Source: Nannocystis bainbridge
Lineage (GTDB): Bacteria; Myxococcota_A; Polyangia; Nannocystales; Nannocystaceae
DNA: 64,000 nt
Reading direction: 5' to 3'
Assembly (NCBI RefSeq): GCF_028368995.1
Contig: NZ_JAQNDL010000005.1
Location: 32,001 to 96,000, forward strand
Position numbers and translations under genes: made by a program. Shown here piece by piece: positions 20,898 through 29,632 of this stretch. Every line of letters starts with the position of its first letter. Within the stretch, counting starts at the first letter, position 1. Below the pieces are notes generated by a model. It saw nothing but the letters and a program-made list of their open reading frames with translations, was not told where the DNA came from and searched no databases.

Positions 20898-21347
20898 ATG
20901 GCACAGAGCCGCTACCTCATCATCGGCCTCGGTCGCTTCGGCGCCGCCCTGGCCGAATCGCTCGCCGAGCAGGGCGCCGAAGTCATCGCCGTCGACCGCG
21001 ACATGGCCATGGTCGACGCCGTCAAGAAGAAGGTCGCCTACGCGATCGAGCTCGACGCCACCGACCCGCAGGCGCTGCTGTCCATCGACCCGCTCAAGTG
21101 CCGGGCCGCGATCGTCGCCATCGGCGAGAACTTCGAGGCCACCGTGCTCACCCTCGCCGCCCTCAAGGAGGTCGGCGTGCGCGACATCGTCGCCCGCTCC
21201 CGCTCCGCCCGCGAGTCGCGCATCCTCCAGGCCGTCGGCGCGACCCAGGTGATCGAGCTCGAGTACGAGATGGGCCGCACCTTCGGCAAGCGCCTGATCG
21301 GCAGCGCCGAGGCCCAGCCCGCCCTCGGCCAGGCGCTCAAGCCCTGA
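20898..21347 (+). CDS. ktrA: KtrA/TrkA-N (RCK) nucleotide-binding regulatory subunit
   Basis: IIGLGRFG Rossmann motif, VIAVD, AIVAIG, position directly after ktrB. Confidence 0.9.
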   Translation: MAQSRYLIIGLGRFGAALAESLAEQGAEVIAVDRDMAMVDAVKKKVAYAIELDATDPQALLSIDPLKCRAAIVAIGENFEATVLTLAALKEVGVRDIVARSRSARESRILQAVGATQVIELEYEMGRTFGKRLIGSAEAQPALGQALKP

Positions 21348-21353
21348 CTCTCG

Positions 21354-21430
21354 GTACATGTCCGATCGGGCCTGTCCGAAAGGGCATGCCTATCGGGACA
21401 TGTCGATATGTACATGTCACCGAGGACATG
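21354..21430. repeat. Array of five 14-bp palindromic units
   Basis: Junctions at 21357, 21371, 21385, 21399, 21413, 21427, directly after the ktrA stop. Confidence 0.9.
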
Positions 21431-21555
21431 TACGACCGCGCCCCGAGCATCACGCCGGCCGAGCGCCCCGCGACCGCTTAAACGACCAGCGGCCCGACGC
21501 CGGAGCGACGGACCGCGCGAGGAGCGTTGAGGAGCCGCCCCCGGTCTTCGATCGT

Positions 21556-21804
21556 TCACGCGGTCATCGCGGCGACCGGAGCGACGGTCGCGGCCTGACG
21601 CGGGGAGGTGTCACCGAGACCGGGGCGGGCGCCCGCGTCGCGGATCCAGCGGATATTGTGCTTGATGATGCGCCGCTTGAGCGCGTGCCGGGTGATACCG
21701 AGCAGTTTTGCTGCCTCGACGATGCTGCCCGCGGTGTGGAGGGCGGTCTCGCAAAGGAGGCGTTCGGCGGCGGTGAGGTTGTAGGTGTCGAGGACGATCT
21801 GCAT
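21556..21804 (-). CDS. Small stand-alone Fis-family (HTH_8) DNA-binding protein
   Basis: LTAAERLLCETALHTAGSIVEAAKLLGITRHALKRRIIKH matches the Fis/NtrC C-terminal HTH pattern; AAGGGG RBS-like sequence upstream. Confidence 0.8.
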   Translation of the reverse strand: MQIVLDTYNLTAAERLLCETALHTAGSIVEAAKLLGITRHALKRRIIKHNIRWIRDAGARPGLGDTSPRQAATVAPVAAMTA

Positions 21805-22283
21805 GACGACAACCTAGAACATCCCCTTGATCCATCGGAGACCAAGCGCGCGGCGCCGGGACAGCGACCGGCTTGTGCTCCGTGCGTCGCGCGGCATGTG
21901 GCCGCGTACTCGTGGGCACCGGCGGAGACATGCGCGACGGCGAGCACGCCGCCCCGCCTTCACGACTCGCAGCAGCACGGCCACCGCAGCCAAACGCGGC
22001 GCTTCGGCTCGCCTCACGTCCGTGGTCGCGGTCCTCGCCGTCGATCGCTGCGACGTGGGGTCGCCGCGAGCTCGCGGCGTTATCCGATCCGGATCAACAC
22101 CGCCGATCGATCGACGCTCTCGCGGGTGACGACCGCGGCGCAGGCTGCTCCGATCGCGGCGAACGCCACGCCGACGCCACCACGAGCAGCACCTCGCTGA
22201 AGTCCTCTCGCGTCACCGCGACCCATCGATCTGCAGGCGCGGAGAGGACGGCGCCCGATCGGCTTTCGCAGCGCCCCGGCCGC

Positions 22284-23294
22284 TCACGCGCGCGGCCCGA
22301 CCGGCGGCTCGTCGCTCGCCGGCGGCGAACCCGAGCCGCGGCGGATCAGCACCGCCAGCGCCACCCCGCCGACCAACTCGCCGTACCACAGCGTGCACGC
22401 GCGGATGAGGATCGTCGACGCCAGCGCGATCGGCTGCGTCACCCCGTGGGCCAGCCGCGCCACCAGCACCGTCAGCGAGCCCTCCGTCGCGCCGAGCCCG
22501 CCCGGCAGGAAGCTCAGCGCGCCGATCAGCGTCGTCGTCGCCCACAAGAAGATGCACAGCGGCAGGCTCGCCTCGACCCCGGGGAAGCCGTGGAGGATCA
22601 GCCAGTAGCCGACGCACTCGAGGCCCCAGCCGACCACGCTGATCACGCTCAGCACCAGCAGCGCTCGCAGCCGCAGCACCGCCGCGCTGCTCTCGACCAG
22701 GCCCTCGGCGCGCGCGACCAGCCCGCGCAGCCGCGGCAGTCGGCCGAGCAGCGCCAGCAGCCCGCGACACAGGCGCGGGCTGCCGAGCACGACCACGCCC
22801 GCGACCACCAGCGCGAGCGTGACGATCGCTACCGGCAGGTACTCACGGTGCTCGGCGATGCCGACGAGGCTCAGCACCACGAGCGCGACGAGGTCGGTCA
22901 GGCGATCGGCGACGACGATCGGCGCGGTGCGGGTGAACGGCACCCCGTCGGTCTCGCGCAGCAGATAGCTGCGCAGCACCTCGCCGATCTTGCCCGGCGT
23001 CACCGACATGCTGAGGCCCGCGAGGTAGACCAGCAGCGAGCGGCTGTACGTGAGCCCGGGCGCCGACCCGGGCCCCTCGCCGCGGACCGCGAGCCAGCCG
23101 AGGCACAGCTCCCACTTCAAGAAGCGCAGCAGGTAGTTGACGCTCGACAGCGCCAGCGCCACCAGCACCATCGACCATGTATATTCGGACATGGCCTCTC
23201 GGACACGTCCGGCGTCGACCCACAGCACCGCCGCCACGTAGACCAGCACGCCGAGCGCGACGCCGACGAGGGCGCGGCGGACGAAGCGGCTCAC
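22284..23294 (-). CDS. Lysylphosphatidylglycerol synthase TM-domain (UPF0104) membrane protein
   Basis: NYLLRFLKW, TPGKIGEVLRSYLL, ADRLTD, LPGGLGATEG. GTG start at 23294 inferred. Confidence 0.85.
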   Translation of the reverse strand: MSRFVRRALVGVALGVLVYVAAVLWVDAGRVREAMSEYTWSMVLVALALSSVNYLLRFLKWELCLGWLAVRGEGPGSAPGLTYSRSLLVYLAGLSMSVTPGKIGEVLRSYLLRETDGVPFTRTAPIVVADRLTDLVALVVLSLVGIAEHREYLPVAIVTLALVVAGVVVLGSPRLCRGLLALLGRLPRLRGLVARAEGLVESSAAVLRLRALLVLSVISVVGWGLECVGYWLILHGFPGVEASLPLCIFLWATTTLIGALSFLPGGLGATEGSLTVLVARLAHGVTQPIALASTILIRACTLWYGELVGGVALAVLIRRGSGSPPASDEPPVGPRA

Positions 23295-23415
23295 GCGAGC
23301 TCCGGGGGTCGGTGCGGCATGGGCGGCGAGGATAGCGGCCCCGGCGGGCCAGACAAAGCCGTGAGGCGCGGGCGCCGACTTGCGCGCGGGCGGCGAGGCG
23401 GGCAGCATCGCGGCG

Positions 23416-24270
23416 ATGACCAGCGGAGGCAACGACGAGGTGCTGTGGCTCGGGCGCGCCCGGGCGCCCGGAGCGGCAGGTGCGCGGACGGTGCGAGTGC
23501 GGACGCGCGGCGCTGCGCCGGGTCCGAACGACGTCGCCGAGGAGATCGACGATCCGTTCGCCGACGACGACGGCGATCCGTGGCAGCAGACCGCGGACGC
23601 GCGCGCCGGCTCGCAGCAGCAGGTCGGCGCGCTGGAGCTGCTCGCGCCGGCGCGGCCCAGCAAGGTGATCTGCGTCGGTCGCAACTTCCGCGCTCACGCG
23701 GCCGAGCTCGGCAACGAGGTCCCGACCGAGCCGCTGCTGTTCTTCAAGCCGCCGAGCTGCCTCGTGCCCGCGGGCCAGACCGTGCAGCTGCCCCGCGGCT
23801 ACGAGCGCATCGACATGGAGAGCGAGCTGGTCGTGGTCGTCGGCCGCAAGGCCAGCCACGTCGCCGCCGACCGGGCCCTCGAGCACGTCGCCGGCTGGCT
23901 CGTCGGCAACGACGTCTCGAACCGCGACCTGCAGAAGCGCGACAAGCAGTGGACCCGCGCCAAGGGCTTCGACGGCTTCGGCCCGCTCGCCGCCTGGATC
24001 CGCCTCACCCCGCCCGGCTTCGCGCCGCCGGCCCAGGCCCGGATCCGCGGCTGGCTCAACGGACAGGCCAAACAATCCGCACCGCTCGCCGACATGGTGT
24101 TCGACGTGCCGTTTCTGCTGGCATACATCAGCGCCTGCATGACGCTGATGCCGGGCGACCTGATCTTCACCGGCACGCCCGAGGGCGTCGCGGCGCTCCA
24201 GCCCGGCGACTCGGCCGAGGTCGCCCTCGAGGGCTTCGAGCTGGCCCCGCTCGTCACCCCGTTCGCCTGA
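23416..24270 (+). CDS. Fumarylacetoacetate hydrolase family protein
   Basis: KVICVGRNF..HA.E, FFKPPS, ESELVVVVG, NDVSNRD, AKGFDGFGP, PGDLIFTGTPEGV. Confidence 0.92.
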   Translation: MTSGGNDEVLWLGRARAPGAAGARTVRVRTRGAAPGPNDVAEEIDDPFADDDGDPWQQTADARAGSQQQVGALELLAPARPSKVICVGRNFRAHAAELGNEVPTEPLLFFKPPSCLVPAGQTVQLPRGYERIDMESELVVVVGRKASHVAADRALEHVAGWLVGNDVSNRDLQKRDKQWTRAKGFDGFGPLAAWIRLTPPGFAPPAQARIRGWLNGQAKQSAPLADMVFDVPFLLAYISACMTLMPGDLIFTGTPEGVAALQPGDSAEVALEGFELAPLVTPFA

Positions 24271-24274
24271 ACCC

Positions 24275-24676
24275 TCACCGCTTGCCCGGCCCCGCCAGCG
24301 TCGCGATCTGCTCGCACGTCAGCTTGCAGGTCTCGCGGTCGGTCTTGCGCAACGAGGTGTCGGTGTAGCAATCGTCGAGGCACGCCGACAGGTGCTCGAG
24401 CGTCGCCGGAGCCGGCGCATGGACGATGCGCTCGGCCCGGCGCGCGCACGCCTGCAGGCACATGTCGCGACCGGCGCCCCGGTTGTGACAGGACGCCATG
24501 CAGCGGGCCACCTTGACCACGCCGCCGTCATATTCGCGCTCGCGCTCCCGCGTCGACACCGACGGCGCCGTACTCGGCGCCCGCGCGGCATCTTCGGCCG
24601 CATCGGCGCGCGGCGCGGCGACGAAGGGGACGAGCAGCAATGCCAGGAGCGATGCGGTGATCGATGCAGTTCGCAT
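24275..24676 (-). CDS. Secreted small protein with four CX3C motifs
   Basis: GAGG RBS, signal peptide ending ADA; CMASC...CLQAC and CLDDC...CKLTC. Confidence 0.7.
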   Translation of the reverse strand: MRTASITASLLALLLVPFVAAPRADAAEDAARAPSTAPSVSTREREREYDGGVVKVARCMASCHNRGAGRDMCLQACARRAERIVHAPAPATLEHLSACLDDCYTDTSLRKTDRETCKLTCEQIATLAGPGKR

Positions 24677-24986
24677 ATCCTCGGGGGTAGCGCGGGTGCT
24701 GTGTGCCGCAATGCGACTCGCAGCACGCAGCGGCGAAAGCACCGCGGACGCGCAGCCGCGACGCATCATACGGCCGCGCTCGATTGTGCACACGCCACGC
24801 GCGCCGGCGAATCGCGGCCCGACAGGGGCCTCGGCCGCGAGCGCAGCAATTATCGAGCCATTCCGACTGTGATCATTGCCCGATCGCGGCCAAAAGGCCC
24901 CTGCGCGCGGGCCCCGGCCGCGAACGCGCGCGGCGCTCGCGGGACGGTGCCCACAATCGCCGCGCGCTCGCTTTCGTCGACTGCCA

Positions 24987-25958
24987 TCAATCGGCGGCTT
25001 CGCCGTCGAGCTCGGCCAGATGCGCGCGCGAGTGCGCGAGCGCCTCGGCGTGGCCGGTCCGCAGCGCCCATTCGGCGGCCACCACCGCCCACGCGGCCCA
25101 CCGCTCGCCCGCGTGCTCGATGAGCCCCGGCCAGGTCACCCCGCCGGCCGCCGCGAAGCGCTCGACCAGCCGCTCCAACGCGTCGCGCCCGAAGCAGCCG
25201 AGGAACATCGCCATGTCGGTCGCCGGGTCGTCGATCCGCGCCTCGGTCCAGTCGAGCACGCCAATTACGCGCCCGTCGTCGGCGAGCAACATGTGGCCCG
25301 GGTGCAGGTCGCCGTGGACCAGCGCGGTGTGGGTGGGCCACAGCGCGTCGCTCTCCAACCACCGATGCCAGCGCGCCCACATCCGCGGCGACGGCTGCAG
25401 CGCCTCGCGCGTGGCCGTCATCGCCGCCGCCAGCTTGGCCCGCGTCGCCGCGAGCGTCCACGTCGGCACGCCCTGCGACGCCGCCGAGGTCGGGGCGATC
25501 GCCTGCAGCGCCGCCAGCACGTGCGCCATCGACTCGACGAACACCGGCGACGGAGCCGCCGGATCGATGATGTTCCACTGCGGGCCCGCGGGCGTGACCG
25601 CGACCGCCGGGACGCCGGCGATCCGCGGATAGGCGATGACCTCGGGCGCGTGGACCCGCCAGTCCGGCACCGCCACCGGCAACTGCTCGCCGACCAGCGC
25701 CAGCACCCTGGCCTCGACGCTCGCCGCGGCCACCACGTCGGCCCGCCGCGGCGCCCGCACGATCCACGGCGCCCTCGCGGCGTCGGTGCCGTGCGCGACC
25801 ACGAAATCGAGGCCGGTGTTCTCGAGCGCCTCGCTCGCGGCCTCCAGCACCAGCCCGTGACGCCGGGCCCGCGCCAGCAACTCGGCGACGGTGTCGGGCG
25901 GGGCGGTGAAGGCTGGGGCGGAAGACGACTCGTTCAAAGAAATGGACTTTTCAGACAT
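24987..25958 (-). CDS. mph: Macrolide 2'-phosphotransferase (Mph/APH family)
   Basis: TGLDF.V..G.D....WIVRAPRRADV, VPDWRVH, LVHGDLHPGH, GVLDWTEA.IDDPA.D. Confidence 0.88.
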   Translation of the reverse strand: MSEKSISLNESSSAPAFTAPPDTVAELLARARRHGLVLEAASEALENTGLDFVVAHGTDAARAPWIVRAPRRADVVAAASVEARVLALVGEQLPVAVPDWRVHAPEVIAYPRIAGVPAVAVTPAGPQWNIIDPAAPSPVFVESMAHVLAALQAIAPTSAASQGVPTWTLAATRAKLAAAMTATREALQPSPRMWARWHRWLESDALWPTHTALVHGDLHPGHMLLADDGRVIGVLDWTEARIDDPATDMAMFLGCFGRDALERLVERFAAAGGVTWPGLIEHAGERWAAWAVVAAEWALRTGHAEALAHSRAHLAELDGEAAD

Positions 25959-26389
25959 GTTCGAAGATTCCTGTGCTCTCGGACAGGTGATCCGACGAGC
26001 GCGAGGAGGCCGCGAGAGCCGGTCGCGAGGCGACCGAGGTGCGCGCGGTCCTCCGGGTCAACGGGAGGGTCAAGCGCGACCACGCCGCGACGCCGATGCA
26101 CGCGCCGCAGAGCCGGCGCACACACGGGCGGCGGCGGTGCTCAGCGCAGGCGGATGAACGCGAACATGGGCCGAGCTTCGCACCGCCACGGCGACCCGCG
26201 CAAGCCCCGAATGAACCGCCGCGTGCCGCGAACCCCGGCGCCGGCCAAACAGCCCCGTGGCGCACCGGAGGCCGATTTGCGGCGCACCGCCATCGGCCGG
26301 CCTCATGCGGCGGACCGCGCAGCGGAGCCGGCCCGGCTCTCCGCCCCGCGTGACCGTCGCCTGCGCGATTGGAGTACCCTCGCGCGGCT

Positions 26390-28495
26390 GTGACCGCTCC
26401 AGCCCGCACTCCCGCCTCCTCCGTGCTGTTCGCCGTGGCGATCGGGCTCGGCGCGTTCCTGCTGTTCCTCGTCCAGTTCATCCTCGGCAAGCAGCTGCTC
26501 CCCTGGTTCGGCGGCGCGCCGGCGGTGTGGACCACCTGCATGCTGTTCTTCCAGCTGCTGCTGCTCGGCGGCTACGGCTACGCCCACCTGCTCGCCGACC
26601 GCTTCACGCCGGCGCGCCAGCGCGACATTCACCTCGCCGCTCTCGGCCTCGCCGCCGTGCTGCTGCTCGTGCGGGCCTTCGTGTGGCCGGCCCCGATCAG
26701 CCCCTCCGACGCCTGGAAGCCGGACGCCGAGGCCAGCCCGATCCTCGCCATCCTCGGCCTCCTCGCCTTCACCGTCGGCCTGCCCTTCCTCGTGCTCGCC
26801 GCCACCGGCCCGCTGCTGCAGAGCTGGTTCGCCCGCGTGCGCCCCGGCGTCTCGCCCTACCGCCTGTACGCGCTGTCGAACCTCGGCTCGCTGCTCGGCA
26901 TGTTCTCGTACCCGTTCGCGCTCGAGCCCGCGCTGCCGATCGCCGGTCAGGGCTGGGTGTGGTCGATCGGCTTCTTCGTGTTCGCCGGCGTGTGCGCGGC
27001 CTGTGCCGTGCTCGCCGGCTCGGCGCCCGCGATCGCCAGGCCTTCGGGACATGTCGTTTCGGACAGCAAACCCGCGGCCGGCAGGAAGCTGCTGTGGTTC
27101 GCCCTGGCGACCATCCCCTCGACCATGCTGCTGGCGACCACCAGCCAGATCAGCCAGGAGGTCGCCGTCATCCCGTTCCTGTGGATGTTGCCGCTCGCGC
27201 TCTACCTGCTGAGCTTCATCCTCTGCTTCGAGTACGAGCGCAGCTACGTGCGCGCGCTGTGGCTGCCGCTGCTCGTCATCGGCGCCGGCGGGGCCACCTA
27301 CGCCCTGTACGCCGGGGTCTACGCCGGCATGGTCCTGCAGCTCGTCATCTACCTCGTGACCCTGCTGGCCTACTGCATGGTCTGCCACGGCGAGCTGGTG
27401 CGGCAGAAGCCTGACCCGAAGTACCTGACGCAATTCTACCTGATCGTCTCCGCCGGCGGCGCGGCCGGGGGGATCTTCACGGGCGTGGTCGCGCCGCTCC
27501 TCTTCCCCGAGTTCTGGGAGCTGCCGATCGCGCTGTTCGTCGGCTTCGCGCTGGCGATGTACGTGCTGTACCGCGGCGCCTGGCCGCAGCGGCTGTGGCT
27601 GTCGGCCCTGTCGGCCTTCGGCGTGCTCGTCGGCTCGCTCGCGCTCGCGGGCGCGCTCGTCCATCACATGCGCGAGCAGCTCGACGACAACATGTTCGTC
27701 ACCCGGAACTTCTTCGGCGTCCTGCGCGTCGACCGGGCGAGCGGCGGAAACCTCGCGTACACGCGCCTGCGCCACGGCCGGATCACCCACGGCATCCAGT
27801 TCGAGGGCGAGCCGCTGAGCTCGGTCCCGACGAGCTACTACGGGCAGACCAGCGGCGTCGGCCTCGCGGTCGAGAAGCACCCGCGGCGGCTCGCCGGCGA
27901 GAAGCTGCACATCGGCGTCGTCGGCCTCGGCGCCGGCACGATGGCCACTTACGGGCGCGAGGGCGATCGCGTGCGCTTCTACGAGATCAACCCGGCCGTG
28001 GTCGCGCTGTCGACCGGCGACGAGCCCTACTTCACGTACTTGCAGCAGAGCGACGGCGAGGTCGCGGTGGTCGTCGGCGACGCCCGCGTCGCGCTCGAGC
28101 GCGAGCAGCCGCAGGGCTTCGACGTGCTCGCCATCGACGCTTTCAGCAGCGACTCGATCCCCGCGCACCTGCTCACGGTCGAGGCCGTCGAGCTCTACTT
28201 CCGCCACCTGCGCGAGGGCGGCCTGCTCGCGGTCCACATCTCCAACCGCTACCTCGACCTCGACCCGGTCGTGCGCGGGATCGGCGAGAAGCTCGGCCTC
28301 CACGTCGAGTACGTCGAGGACCTCGAGAACGACGAGGTCGTGTGGCAGAGCGACTGGATGCTGTTGGCCCGGCGCGACAGCGACATGAACAGCCCCGACC
28401 TCGTCGACGCGCTCGCGCCCAAGATCGACCCCGATGCGCCCTATCCGCTGTGGACCGACGCGTACAGCAACCTGCTGCAGGTGCTGAAGCGTTGA
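26390..28495 (+). CDS. Fused membrane domain / spermidine-synthase-like SAM-dependent protein
   Basis: FLLFLVQ..GK.LLPWFGG.PAVW, PYRLYALSNLGS, CHGEL, HG.I.HGIQ, GLGAGT, DAFSSDSIP.HLLT.EA, WTDAYSNL. Confidence 0.88.
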   Translation: MTAPARTPASSVLFAVAIGLGAFLLFLVQFILGKQLLPWFGGAPAVWTTCMLFFQLLLLGGYGYAHLLADRFTPARQRDIHLAALGLAAVLLLVRAFVWPAPISPSDAWKPDAEASPILAILGLLAFTVGLPFLVLAATGPLLQSWFARVRPGVSPYRLYALSNLGSLLGMFSYPFALEPALPIAGQGWVWSIGFFVFAGVCAACAVLAGSAPAIARPSGHVVSDSKPAAGRKLLWFALATIPSTMLLATTSQISQEVAVIPFLWMLPLALYLLSFILCFEYERSYVRALWLPLLVIGAGGATYALYAGVYAGMVLQLVIYLVTLLAYCMVCHGELVRQKPDPKYLTQFYLIVSAGGAAGGIFTGVVAPLLFPEFWELPIALFVGFALAMYVLYRGAWPQRLWLSALSAFGVLVGSLALAGALVHHMREQLDDNMFVTRNFFGVLRVDRASGGNLAYTRLRHGRITHGIQFEGEPLSSVPTSYYGQTSGVGLAVEKHPRRLAGEKLHIGVVGLGAGTMATYGREGDRVRFYEINPAVVALSTGDEPYFTYLQQSDGEVAVVVGDARVALEREQPQGFDVLAIDAFSSDSIPAHLLTVEAVELYFRHLREGGLLAVHISNRYLDLDPVVRGIGEKLGLHVEYVEDLENDEVVWQSDWMLLARRDSDMNSPDLVDALAPKIDPDAPYPLWTDAYSNLLQVLKR

Positions 28496-28777
28496 GCGGC
28501 GCGATCATTCGCTGAGCACGCGGGCCGCCTGACAATTCGCGGGGCCCGCGATACACACTGCGCCGATTCGCGCCCCTGGCACGACATCGCGCATTCGAAT
28601 GATCCGCACCGGATAAGCCACAAATGACATAAGGCGCGTTCACACGGGCGCCCGTCCGCGCGTGAATAGGGCCTGGGGGCCGGCGTCGCAGCGGCCCCCC
28701 GAACAGCGTCTATCAGCGGCCGCGCTCGCTCCTGCTCCTTTGCGGGCCTGCCGCTGGTTGACGAGAGGAAGAAAGCC

Positions 28778-29572
28778 ATGCAAAAGCTCCACCCCATGAA
28801 ATGGCTTACGCGTCATGTGCCGTCGCTGCTCGCGGCGGTCACCGTCGTCGTCGGCGCAGCGCACGTCGCTCGCGCCCAAGAGCCCGCCGCCGCCGGCGTC
28901 GAGGCCGACGCTGCGAAGATCCGCCAGCTCGTGTTCGACATGGAGAAGGCGTTCGAGCAGGTCCACGACTACACCACAACCATGTACAAGCAAGAGCGCG
29001 TCAAGGGCCGCTTGATGCCGCGCGAAGAGATCGAGGTCAAGTTCCGCAAGCCGCTCGCCCTCTACCTCAAGTGGACCGGCGAGGTGAACCAGACCCGCGA
29101 GGTCATCTACGTCAAGGGCTGGAACGACGACAAGATCCGGGCCCACAAGGGCTCCTTCCCGGACATGACGGTCAACCTGCGTCCCGACTCGAGCATGGCG
29201 ATGCAGGGCAACCGTCACCAGATCACCGAGGCCCACTTCGGCCACGCGATCGGCCTCATCGCCCGCGACGCGCGGCTCAGCGAGTCGCGCCCGCAGGACG
29301 GCGTCCGTTACCTCGACCACGGCGAGAAGGTCGTCCACGGCGCCCGCAGCCGCTGCATCGAGGCCCGCACCCCCGCGGGCGGCGTGTTCACCGTCTACTA
29401 CGCCGCGCGCGCCAAGGTCTGCTTCGACCTCAAGACGAAGATGCCGACGCGGATCCAGGTCTGGGACGCCGACGGCGACCTGCTCGAGGACTACGGCTTC
29501 CAGGGCACCAAGCTCAACGTCGGCCTCGCCGACGCGGACTTCGACCCGGCCAACGAAGCGTATAACTTCTGA
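28778..29572 (+). CDS. DUF1571-like exported protein (LolA-like fold)
   Basis: Signal peptide ARA; DYTTTMYKQERV.G.L...E.I.VKFRKP...YLKW; C-terminal NVGL.DADFDP.N..Y.F. Confidence 0.8.
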   Translation: MQKLHPMKWLTRHVPSLLAAVTVVVGAAHVARAQEPAAAGVEADAAKIRQLVFDMEKAFEQVHDYTTTMYKQERVKGRLMPREEIEVKFRKPLALYLKWTGEVNQTREVIYVKGWNDDKIRAHKGSFPDMTVNLRPDSSMAMQGNRHQITEAHFGHAIGLIARDARLSESRPQDGVRYLDHGEKVVHGARSRCIEARTPAGGVFTVYYAARAKVCFDLKTKMPTRIQVWDADGDLLEDYGFQGTKLNVGLADADFDPANEAYNF

Positions 29573-29632
29573 GCGATGATTCAGCCGGAGGCGCCTTGGC
29601 CTCCGGCTGTCTTTTGAGACATGTGCTGACAA

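Noticed and set aside
16218-21359. Very long antisense or alternate-frame ORFs (also 2270..6205, 2647..6348, 8233..11187, 45312..48128, 47814..51302)
   Set aside because: Shadows of real high-GC3 genes; Arg/Ala/Gly-rich with no family motifs.
21354-21430. GGACATGTCC junction equals the p53 half-site RRRCWWGYYY
   Set aside because: Coincidental in a bacterium; single sites are TGTCC-N4-GGACA, so the decamer is only the junction of abutting units.
28577-28593. Sigma54 promoter TGGCACG upstream of the DUF1571 gene
   Set aside because: The -12 GC is not at the required GG-N10-GC spacing.
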